A program made the translations under genes and the position numbers. The notes under the pieces were generated by a model. That model saw only the letters and a program-made list of their open reading frames with translations. It searched no databases and was not told the DNA's origin. This document shows, in pieces, positions 1 through 7,665 of a stretch of DNA of 62,308 nucleotides. Position 1 is the stretch's first letter; the number at the start of each line of letters is the position of its first letter. Origin of the DNA: Acidimicrobiales bacterium (lineage in GTDB: Bacteria; Actinomycetota; Acidimicrobiia; Acidimicrobiales; Bog-793); NCBI GenBank assembly GCA_050014835.1, contig JBEKCO010000004.1, forward strand, positions 1 through 62,308. Direction: 5' to 3'.

Positions 1-54
1 GGGCGGCAGCAGGAACAGCTGGTCGCGATCGGCCTCACGAAGGTTGATCGGCAT
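1..54 (-). CDS. IS1182-family transposase, N-terminal 18 codons (partial)
   Basis: Translates MPINLREADRDQLFLLPP, matching the M-x-x-N-x4-DRDQxxLLPP start typical of actinobacterial IS1182 transposases; open to the window edge. Confidence 0.7.
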   Translation of the reverse strand, partial: MPINLREADRDQLFLLPP

Positions 55-117
55 GCACCAATTGTCCCGCCTGACCCAAATCGCGGGCAGGACAGTCAGG
101 ATTCGTGCGACAGCCTC
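1..117 (-). mobile_element. Left end of an IS1182-family-like insertion sequence, truncated by the window edge
   Basis: Minus strand begins GAGGCTGTCGCACGAATCC (IR-like, ~117-99), followed by an ATG at 54 encoding a transposase-like N-terminus. Confidence 0.7.
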
Positions 118-164
118 TGACCAGGGCTGTCGTGTCATCGCACACATCGCCGGAGAATCCACCA

Positions 165-189
165 TCGAACAGGTGTTCGCAACTACACT
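165..189 (+). promoter_or_regulatory. LexA (SOS) box and -10 element of recA
   Basis: TCGAAC-AGGT-GTTCGC at 165-180 (actinobacterial consensus TCGAAC-N4-GTTCGA); TACACT -10 at 184-189. Confidence 0.9.
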
Positions 190-314
190 GATGGAAGTTC
201 CCGTACGAGTGGATGGTCGATCGGGGGTGCGGCGCCGGCGATACAGCGGAGCCGTAGTGTGCAGGTCCGCTCGGTGCACGGCCCGGCGGCGTGAGCGGTG
301 GAAAGTGAGGGGTG

Positions 315-1358
315 ATGGAGCGGGACAAGGCACTCGACGCAGCACTCTGCCAGATCGAGAAGCAGTTCGGGAAGGGCTCTGTGATGCGGATGGGTGAGAG
401 CCTCACACTGGGCATCGAGGTCATCTCGACCGGTGCCATGTCACTCGACCTCGCGCTCGGCATCGGTGGTCTGCCGCGCGGTCGCATTGTCGAGGTCTTC
501 GGTCCTGAATCCTCCGGCAAGTCGACCCTCGCGCTCCATGTTGTCGCGGAGGCACAGCGCAACGGTGGTGTCTGCGCCTACATCGACGCGGAGCATGCCC
601 TCGATCCCGTGTACGCGAAGGCCATCGGCGTCGACATCGACGAGCTCCTCATCTCCCAGCCGGACAACGGCGAACAGGCGTTGGAGATCGCCGAGATGCT
701 CATCCGCTCGGGTGCGATCGACGTTCTCGTCATCGACTCGGTAGCCGCGTTGACCCCGCGCGCCGAGATCGAAGGAGAAATGGGCGATGCGCACGTCGGC
801 CTCCAAGCCCGCCTGATGTCCCAGGCGCTGCGCAAGCTCACCGCGACCTTGAACAAGTCGGACACGATTGCCCTGTTTATCAACCAGCTCCGCGAAAAGA
901 TCGGTGTGATCTACGGCTCACCGGAAGTGACTCCGGGGGGCCGGGCACTGAAGTTCTACGCGTCGGTTCGCCTGGACATCCGGAGGGTGGAGTCAATCAA
1001 GGATGGAGCCGAGATCGTCGGGAGCCGGACGCGGGTGAAGGTCGTGAAGAACAAGTGCGCGCCTCCCTTCCGTTCCGCAGAGTTCGACATCATGTACGGA
1101 CACGGGATCAGCCGGGAAGGCTCGATCCTCGACGTCGCAGTCGATTTCGACATCGTGAAGAAGTCGGGCGCCTGGTACACCTACGAGGGCGAGCAGCTCG
1201 GCCAGGGCCGGGAGAACGCCAAGCAGTTCCTGCGGGAAAGCCCGGAGCTCGTCGTTGAGATCGACGAGCGGATCCGGAAGATGGTGGCGCCGGTCGTCGC
1301 CGACGTCCCGCTTGGAGCGGGCGTCGGGGACGACGAACCGATCTCCCTGGAAAGCTGA
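315..1358 (+). CDS. recA: Recombinase RecA
   Basis: GPESSGKST Walker [27 protein letters not shown]; no intein; ATG 315 (alternative GTG 312). Confidence 0.99.
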   Translation: MERDKALDAALCQIEKQFGKGSVMRMGESLTLGIEVISTGAMSLDLALGIGGLPRGRIVEVFGPESSGKSTLALHVVAEAQRNGGVCAYIDAEHALDPVYAKAIGVDIDELLISQPDNGEQALEIAEMLIRSGAIDVLVIDSVAALTPRAEIEGEMGDAHVGLQARLMSQALRKLTATLNKSDTIALFINQLREKIGVIYGSPEVTPGGRALKFYASVRLDIRRVESIKDGAEIVGSRTRVKVVKNKCAPPFRSAEFDIMYGHGISREGSILDVAVDFDIVKKSGAWYTYEGEQLGQGRENAKQFLRESPELVVEIDERIRKMVAPVVADVPLGAGVGDDEPISLES

Positions 1359-1370
1359 GCTCCTCGACCC

Positions 1371-1982
1371 CTAACGGGGGATCGAGGTGTGCTTGAACTC
1401 GTTGAGTTCGGGGTGGTCGACGAGGAGATCGAGCACGCGATCGATCGTCGCCCGGGCGAGTTCGGGGTCGCCTTGGGGACGCTCCATCAGCCTGACGAAA
1501 ACGGCCCGGTCGTCGATGATGAACGTCGGGACGCCGAAGACGGCGTGATCGCGCACCGCGGTCTCGTGCTCACGACGGAACACGTCGAAAGGCCAGCTGG
1601 CGTCGAGCTCGGCGAAGACGGTGTCGTCGTCGACGCCAGCCGCCGCGAGGGCTGAGCGGATGACCTTCTCGTCGCGGAGATCGCCGCTGCGGTCGTGACG
1701 GGCAGCGAAGAGCGCGAGATGTGCCGCCGGGAACGCATCGGCGAAGCGGTCCCGCACGACGATGCCCGCGGCACCGGCGAGGAGTTCGTTGCGGGCCGAA
1801 GGGTTGTCCCAAACAGATTGCTCCCCCTCGGCGACGTGGGCCTGGCTGAGTGAGAACGGGACGAAGCGGATGTCGTAGTCCGCGCCTGCGGACAAGGCGG
1901 CGAGGACATGTTCGTGGGCGTTGCGGGCGAAAGGGCAGCGGTAGTCGAAGGTGATCGAGAACTGTCGAGGTGTCGGCGTCAT
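1371..1982 (-). CDS. DsbA/thioredoxin-fold protein with a single Cys (CPFA)
   Basis: N-terminal FDYRCPFA and C-terminal FGVPTF cis-Pro loop. Confidence 0.8.
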   Translation of the reverse strand: MTPTPRQFSITFDYRCPFARNAHEHVLAALSAGADYDIRFVPFSLSQAHVAEGEQSVWDNPSARNELLAGAAGIVVRDRFADAFPAAHLALFAARHDRSGDLRDEKVIRSALAAAGVDDDTVFAELDASWPFDVFRREHETAVRDHAVFGVPTFIIDDRAVFVRLMERPQGDPELARATIDRVLDLLVDHPELNEFKHTSIPR

Positions 1983-2073
1983 GGGGTCTCCCCGTACGGA
2001 TTGGCGATAGCGCGCCAGAGCCTATAGCGGGCACCCAGCCTGGCCCGGGCAGGGGCCGAGATACCATCGCATG

Positions 2074-2697
2074 GTGCCCGAAGTGCGCCGGGCGAACCCC
2101 CGGGACATGGCCATACTCACGCGTTCGCTCGCGTCGGCGTTCGTCGACGATCCGGTATCCGCCTTCATCTTCCCCGACGGGGACCGCCGGGAGACGATCC
2201 TTCAGGAGTTCTTCGCCGTGCAGTTGTCGCGGACCTACCTGCCCCGCGGCGAGGTCTACACGACCGGGGACGCGATCGGTGCGGCGATGTGGCTGCCGCC
2301 GGATTCGCGCCGGCCGACGATCGGCGACCAGCTCGCCTATCTGCGCGTCTCGCTGGCGTCGGGGAGCTACAGGTCGGCTCGTCGGCTGGCGGTCGCCCTC
2401 CAGCGTCACCGCCCACTCCTGGCGCACTACTACCTCGGCACGGTCGGCGTCGCCCCGGCCCATCAGCGAGGCGGGCTCGGAAGCGCGCTGATGCGGCCGG
2501 GACTCGCGCGCTGCGACGCCATGCGTCTCGGGGCCTACCTCGAATGCTCGACCGAGCCGAACACCCACTTCTACGAAGGGCTCGGATTCCGGGTCACAAG
2601 GGAGATCCGGGCGCCCCGTGGTGGCCCGCGGCTCTGGCTGATGTGGCGGGAGCCGGCGGGGGCGGGTCCGCCGGGGTCGGCAGAACTGCGTCCGTGA
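2074..2697 (+). CDS. GNAT family N-acetyltransferase
   Basis: YLGTVGVAPAHQRGGLGSAL acetyl-CoA motif, AYLECS, FYEGLGF; GTG 2074 lies 6 nt after TACCAT (alternative ATG 2071). Confidence 0.9.
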   Translation: MPEVRRANPRDMAILTRSLASAFVDDPVSAFIFPDGDRRETILQEFFAVQLSRTYLPRGEVYTTGDAIGAAMWLPPDSRRPTIGDQLAYLRVSLASGSYRSARRLAVALQRHRPLLAHYYLGTVGVAPAHQRGGLGSALMRPGLARCDAMRLGAYLECSTEPNTHFYEGLGFRVTREIRAPRGGPRLWLMWREPAGAGPPGSAELRP

Positions 2698-2700
2698 CGG

Positions 2701-3678
2701 TCAGGCGCGCCGAGGTTCGCGCTGCGACGGACCCGGCTCGGGCTTGTGCGCGGCCGCTGCGTGCTCCTGGGCGATCGGGTGCACGCCCTTCGGGAGCCGG
2801 CTCGGGTCGGCGAGGATCGTCGTGAGCACGTCGAGGACGGCGCGCACCGGCGCGCCGGGGAGGGCCCGACGACGTTGGGCGACGCCGATGACCCGGGGCG
2901 CGAGACCCTCGACCGGGATGATCGTCCAGGACCTTGCCCGGCGGACCGGCAGCGCGCTCGTCGGCAGGATGGCGAAGCCGCAGCCCTCGAACATGAGCGA
3001 GCGCATGAGCCGGAGGCTGTCCAGCTCGGCCCGGGGGTGGAGCGCGACCCCTGCTGCGGCGGCGAGGGCGTCGAGGGACCTCCGATAGTTGCTGCCCTCG
3101 AGCGGCAGAAATAGGGGGAGGTCCGCGATGTCGACGACCGTCACGGACTCGCGGGCAGCGAGCGGGTGGGATCGGGGGAGAAAAAGGCCGATGTCCTCCT
3201 CGAAAAGCGCCACCGTGTGGACCTCGGAACCGGAGGCGGGGAGGGCAAGCACGCCGAGGTCGATGTCCCCGGTCGCGAGCTGCGTGTCGAGTCCGAGCGT
3301 CGTCGCCTCCCGGAAGATGAGGCGCAGGTGGGGGTGGAGCGCCGGGACGAGGTCGAGGAGTTCAGGCACGATCCACAGCGCGGCGGTCCCGATGAGGCCG
3401 AGCTGGACCGTCCCGATGATCTCCCGGCTGAGCGCGGTGACGTCGGAGGTGAGGGCGTCGAGCTCACCGATCACGCGGCGGGCCCGCTCCACCGCGAGCT
3501 CGCCGGCGTCGGTCAGTCGCCCGGTGCCACGGTCGACGAGGACGGATCCGAGCTCCACCTCGAGCTTCTTCACGTGCGTCGAGACGTTCGACTGCACGGT
3601 GGCGAGCGCGTCGGCGGCCGCCGAGAACGAGCCGTGCTCGGCGATCGCGACCAGGGCGTTCAGTTGCCGCAGGTCCAT
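2701..3678 (-). CDS. LysR family transcriptional regulator
   Basis: MDLRQLNALVAIAEHGSFSAAADAL...QSNVS HTH plus a substrate-binding domain. Confidence 0.95.
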   Translation of the reverse strand: MDLRQLNALVAIAEHGSFSAAADALATVQSNVSTHVKKLEVELGSVLVDRGTGRLTDAGELAVERARRVIGELDALTSDVTALSREIIGTVQLGLIGTAALWIVPELLDLVPALHPHLRLIFREATTLGLDTQLATGDIDLGVLALPASGSEVHTVALFEEDIGLFLPRSHPLAARESVTVVDIADLPLFLPLEGSNYRRSLDALAAAAGVALHPRAELDSLRLMRSLMFEGCGFAILPTSALPVRRARSWTIIPVEGLAPRVIGVAQRRRALPGAPVRAVLDVLTTILADPSRLPKGVHPIAQEHAAAAHKPEPGPSQREPRRA

Positions 3679-3688
3679 CGGACTAAAT

Positions 3689-3742
3689 GATAGGCGCTAT
3701 CTATCGCAACTGTTTGACTGATGGTGCGAGCTTGGCAACAGT
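3689..3742 (+). promoter_or_regulatory. LysR operator and divergent promoter
   Basis: GATAG-N7-CTATC (3689-3705, contains T-N11-A); TTGACT (3714-3719)-17 bp-AACAGT (3737-3742). Confidence 0.65.
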
Positions 3743-3747
3743 AGGGG

Positions 3748-3832
3748 TCAACCACGGGAGTGACGGTCCCCCACCGGAGCCCTGTGGGTGTGAACTGAAC
3801 GAAGGGGCCGGTCCCCCCCCGGCCCCTTCTTC
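3748..3832 (+). ncRNA. Putative 6C-like small RNA with two C-rich loops
   Basis: Hairpin 1 CCACGGG..CGGT-CCCCC-ACCG..CCCTGTGG (3752-3787); hairpin 2 GAAGGGGCCGG-TCCCCCC-CCGGCCCCTTC (3801-3829); promoter directly upstream; no credible ORF. Confidence 0.6.
3801..3831. terminator. Perfect 11-bp hairpin, likely a bidirectional terminator
   Basis: GAAGGGGCCGG/CCGGCCCCTTC; lies 40 nt past the stop of the minus-strand acyltransferase. Confidence 0.7.
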
Positions 3833-3869
3833 GCGTCCGGGGGGCGGCGCCTTCCTTACGAAGCGGGCA

Positions 3870-4799
3870 TCACCAGGGCTTGGCGGAGGTTCTCGATCGC
3901 GAGCGCCTTGTGCGCCGGGCGCTCGCCGGGAGGACCCAGGCGCGGCGCCACGGCGAGGCGTCGGGCCCGCGGAACGCCGGTGTCTCGCCGGCGGCGGCGC
4001 GTCGGCGCGCCGACCACCAGTCCGACTCGGCTTCGTCGGCGAGGAGCGCCACGGACTCTTCGATACGGGCAGCGAAACGGCGGGCGTCCTCTTCCCGGCC
4101 GTCGTGACCTGTCGCCTCGCCGGGCCACAGGGGATCCCCGAAGCGGATCTCGACCTTGCCCCGGCGCAGCGAACTGCTGCCCTTCGGGAAGACCGGCCGG
4201 ACGCCGCGCAGGTGGACGGGGACGACGGGCACGTCGCAGCGTTTGGCGAGGTAGGCGGCTCCACCGCGGAACTCCTGGCCCCAGCCATCTGGGCTGCGAC
4301 CTCCCTCGGGGAAGATGACGAGGTTCCAGCGGTCGGTGAGGAGTTGCGCGGCGAGATCGGCGCTGCGCCGGTTCACCTTTGTCCGCTCCATCGGGATGGT
4401 GCCGAGGGCGAGCGACCACAGCGCCGCCTTCCAGGGGCGGTCGAAGAAGTAGTCCGCTGCCGCGGCGACGACCGTGCGGCGCCGGAAGCGTTCCGGCAGG
4501 CACGCCACGACGATCGAGGTGTCGAGGTGGCTCGAGTGGTTGGCGGCGAAGATCACCGGCCCGTCGAGCGCGTCGAGGTGCTCCCGGCCGAAGACCTTGG
4601 GCGCGGCGACGGCGGCGACGAAGGGACGGGTGACGTTGTCGACGAGCACGCGACGCACGGCCCGTGCCCAGGGCGCCCGCGTCCAGGCCGTGTCGTAGTC
4701 GACTCCGATGTTGCGCCGCTCGATCGGGCGCGGCAGGGTCCCGGGCCACGTCGGGCGGGAGACGACGTCCTCGACGATGCGGGGGAGTCGGACGCTCAC
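3870..4799 (-). CDS. Lysophospholipid (PlsC-type) acyltransferase
   Basis: NHSSHLD and FPEGGRS motifs; GTG 4799 overlaps the upstream stop (GTGA). Confidence 0.92.
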   Translation of the reverse strand: MSVRLPRIVEDVVSRPTWPGTLPRPIERRNIGVDYDTAWTRAPWARAVRRVLVDNVTRPFVAAVAAPKVFGREHLDALDGPVIFAANHSSHLDTSIVVACLPERFRRRTVVAAAADYFFDRPWKAALWSLALGTIPMERTKVNRRSADLAAQLLTDRWNLVIFPEGGRSPDGWGQEFRGGAAYLAKRCDVPVVPVHLRGVRPVFPKGSSSLRRGKVEIRFGDPLWPGEATGHDGREEDARRFAARIEESVALLADEAESDWWSARRRAAAGETPAFRGPDASPWRRAWVLPASARRTRRSRSRTSAKPW

Positions 4800-6385
4800 G
4801 AGACGTCGGCCACGAGCAGCGGCGGAGCGTGGAGGTGCGTGATCGTCGGGTTCCGGCCGACGACGTCCTCGGCCATCTCGAGGGCGTCGGCGAGGGTCGA
4901 GGCGGGTTTGAACCCCATGCGCCGCACGGCGGCCCGGTCGCCGCCGACGATGATCACGGCGCCGAGATGCTGGAGGGCGTGGGCGCACCAGTACCACATG
5001 TAGAACGGGTGGACGCCGTGGTAGGCGTACGAGGTCCGGTAGAGGTGGATGTACCAGGGATCGGTGGCGAACGACTCCTCGTAGCGCTTCTCGATCTCCA
5101 CGAGGTCGGTCGTCTCGGCGAGCACCTGCTCGAAAAAGTCGATGTAGCTCGGGTGGTGGACCGGGTTGAACGCCCACGGCGTGGGGTGGGACATGATGCA
5201 GACCCCGCCCTCGCGCACGAGCGGCCGGCCCCGGTAGAGGTTGAAGAAGTAGCCGAGCCCGAGGCAGGCGACGAGGATCGGGTTCATGATCGAGTTCACG
5301 TTGTACGGGCACAGGTACGGCAGGCCCATCGTCAGGATGTCGGTCTGGCCCTCGACGTAGACGAGCTGCTGGCGGTGGAGGTTCTCCAGCGTGACGTCGT
5401 GGACGGCCTCGACCTCGCCGGCCTGCACCGAGGTGACCGCGTAGGGCGAGAGCATCGACTGGAAGATCTGGCGCGCGAGCCGCGGCGGGGTGCGGTCGAG
5501 CGAGAGCCGGGTCGCGTGGAAGCCGGCGCGGTCGGCGAGCGACCACTCCCACTCCCGCTTCTGTAAGAAGTTGAACTGCGACGGGAACATGTCGAGGTTG
5601 AGCGTCGTCTCGATCTGGAAGATCTTCACGCCGGCAGCCTTGATCAGCCGGCCCATCCGCCAGTTCGAGGAGTGCATCTCGGAGTGGTGACGGTCCATGA
5701 GAGAGCGGCTGTGCTGCAGGACCTTCACGTTGTGGTGGTGACGGAGGCTTCGGTAGCTGGCGAGCCCGGTGGCGACGGATTTGTGGCCGCCGTCCATCGC
5801 CGACAGGTTGATGTTCACGTAGACGAGCAGGTCGCTCTCGGCGGCCCGCCGGTTGATCTCGACGTCCTCGCCCTTGTCGGTGAGGCCGAGGTGGACGAGC
5901 GCTCCGGGGTCCTCGGCATCGTGCTGCTGCAGAAGCCCGTGGGGCGCGAAGGCGTCGAAGACCCGGTCGCCGAGGGCGTGGCGCAACTCGTCGTCGGTCA
6001 TCCGTCGGTGGATGGCGAGCGCGGCGATGAGGACGACGTCGTCCACGCCTGCCGCGGCGGCCTTGTCGAGGACGGCTTCGATCACCCGTTGGCGGATGTC
6101 CGGCCGGCGCATCGGCGGCAGCGGCAGCGAGACGTCGTCGAAGGCGATCGTGAGCCGCATCCCGGGCTTCAAGAGCGCCGAAAGCGGCGCGGAGTCGCCC
6201 AGCGGGTGCTCGAGCGCGTGGCGGATCGACGCTTCGGGGTCGACCAGTCCGTCGAGGGGCTCGGGCGGGTAGACGACCCGGGAACCCTCGGGCAGCCGCT
6301 CGAACCGGAAGCCCTCCCCGTGCCAGAAAACGGTCGGGGGGGTCGACCGGTCGACCTCGAGTACGAATCCGGGTCTCGGGCTCAC
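4796..6385 (-). CDS. Lactate racemase (LarA/DUF2088) domain protein
   Basis: AFDDVSLP, ALAIHRRMT, HDAED and DGGHKS...HH motifs of the LarA N-terminal domain; 529 aa. Confidence 0.82.
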   Translation of the reverse strand: MSPRPGFVLEVDRSTPPTVFWHGEGFRFERLPEGSRVVYPPEPLDGLVDPEASIRHALEHPLGDSAPLSALLKPGMRLTIAFDDVSLPLPPMRRPDIRQRVIEAVLDKAAAAGVDDVVLIAALAIHRRMTDDELRHALGDRVFDAFAPHGLLQQHDAEDPGALVHLGLTDKGEDVEINRRAAESDLLVYVNINLSAMDGGHKSVATGLASYRSLRHHHNVKVLQHSRSLMDRHHSEMHSSNWRMGRLIKAAGVKIFQIETTLNLDMFPSQFNFLQKREWEWSLADRAGFHATRLSLDRTPPRLARQIFQSMLSPYAVTSVQAGEVEAVHDVTLENLHRQQLVYVEGQTDILTMGLPYLCPYNVNSIMNPILVACLGLGYFFNLYRGRPLVREGGVCIMSHPTPWAFNPVHHPSYIDFFEQVLAETTDLVEIEKRYEESFATDPWYIHLYRTSYAYHGVHPFYMWYWCAHALQHLGAVIIVGGDRAAVRRMGFKPASTLADALEMAEDVVGRNPTITHLHAPPLLVADVS

Positions 6386-7665
6386 GCGCTCGTCTCCAGT
6401 TTCTCGTCACGACGGGGGGTAGGTCGTTTCTTGGCCACCGGCTCGGCGGTACGCCGCCACGCGGGGTCCTCGCGGCGGAGGTCGAAGACGATCTTCACCG
6501 ACCCCCGCCTCCCGGCGTTCGCGGCATGGCGAACCGCCTCTTCGTAACGTTCCAGAGGGTAGTGGGCCGACACGAGCCGCTCGAGCCCCGCGGCGGCGAC
6601 GAGCTCGAAGGCGAGGGCGAACGTCCGGCGCGGCCCACCCGGGACGTCCTCCATCCCGTAGGCGTAGGCGCCAACGAGGGCGACCTCCCGCTGCCACAGT
6701 GGTGCGAGGTCGACCCGGACCGTGCCGGGCATCCCGACGAGAACGATCCGACCTCCGGGCCGAACGACTTCCAGAGACTCCGCGATCGAACGCGCCGAGC
6801 CGACGCAGTCGAAGACCACATCCGCCCCGCCCGCGAGCCGGTCGATCGCGCCCCCGCTGGACGCCAGCGCGAGGGTCCCGGTCATCCGGCGGACCGCCCG
6901 GCCGAGCTCGCTCGGCGCGACGACCTCGTCGGCACCGAGGTCCTCGGCGAATCGGCGCTGGACGCGGTACTTGGCGACGGACAGGAGCGCCGAGGGGAGC
7001 GTGTGGTGGCGCACCGCCGCCAGCGTGCAGAGACCGACGGTCCCGGCACCGAGCACGACGACGCGCTCGCCGGGCACCACCTGGCCGACCAGCGCGGCGT
7101 GGACCGCGCACGCCGCCGGTTCGACCATCACCGCGGCCTCGTCGGTCATCCCGGCGGGGACGAGGTGGAGCTGGGCGTCGTGGGCGACGAGTTCGTCAGA
7201 CCACCCTCCGCCGGTGTCCGCGCAGTAGCCGGTCTGCAGGCCCGGACGGATGTGACCAAACGCGATCCGCTCGCAGGATCCCGTGCGGCCCGCGGCGCAC
7301 GACGGGCAGAGCGGCTCGATGCCACGGACGACGCAGGAGAGCACCGGCTCGATGACGACGCGCTTGCCGGTGTGCCGGCCATCCTTCACGACGCCGACGA
7401 TCTCGTGACCGGGCACGAACGGGAACGTGACGATGTCCTCGAAAAACCGCGAGCTCGTCCCGTCGAGTGTCGCGAGATCCGATCCGCAGATTCCGGACAG
7501 GCGCGGCGCGACCCGGTGCCAGTTCGCACCGGGAAGGCTCGGCGGGTCGATTTCGCCGAGCCGTAGCGGGGCGACCCCGATGCCCGTCCCCGATCCCGCG
7601 ACGAGCGAGACGAGCCGGGCGGCGGCGAAGCGGTGGACGAGCCGTTCGAAAAGGAGGGCCTTCAT
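6382..7665 (-). CDS. Zinc-binding (MDR) alcohol dehydrogenase
   Basis: GICGSD, GHEIVG, four-Cys structural Zn site, GAGTVG; ATG 7665 in an ATGA overlap. Confidence 0.92.
   Translation of the reverse strand: MKALLFERLVHRFAAARLVSLVAGSGTGIGVAPLRLGEIDPPSLPGANWHRVAPRLSGICGSDLATLDGTSSRFFEDIVTFPFVPGHEIVGVVKDGRHTGKRVVIEPVLSCVVRGIEPLCPSCAAGRTGSCERIAFGHIRPGLQTGYCADTGGGWSDELVAHDAQLHLVPAGMTDEAAVMVEPAACAVHAALVGQVVPGERVVVLGAGTVGLCTLAAVRHHTLPSALLSVAKYRVQRRFAEDLGADEVVAPSELGRAVRRMTGTLALASSGGAIDRLAGGADVVFDCVGSARSIAESLEVVRPGGRIVLVGMPGTVRVDLAPLWQREVALVGAYAYGMEDVPGGPRRTFALAFELVAAAGLERLVSAHYPLERYEEAVRHAANAGRRGSVKIVFDLRREDPAWRRTAEPVAKKRPTPRRDEKLETSA

Noticed and set aside
312-1358. RecA intein
   Set aside because: The protein is normal length with continuous motifs
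2701-3678. Calling the LysR regulator OxyR because of the ATAG-N7-CTAT site
   Set aside because: The redox-active GHC..C motif is absent (the region reads EGSNYRR), and only one half of the OxyR tandem site is present
4800-6410. 846-aa ORF as a single long acyltransferase
   Set aside because: The upstream part is an off-frame overlap of the LarA-like gene; the real start is GTG 4799
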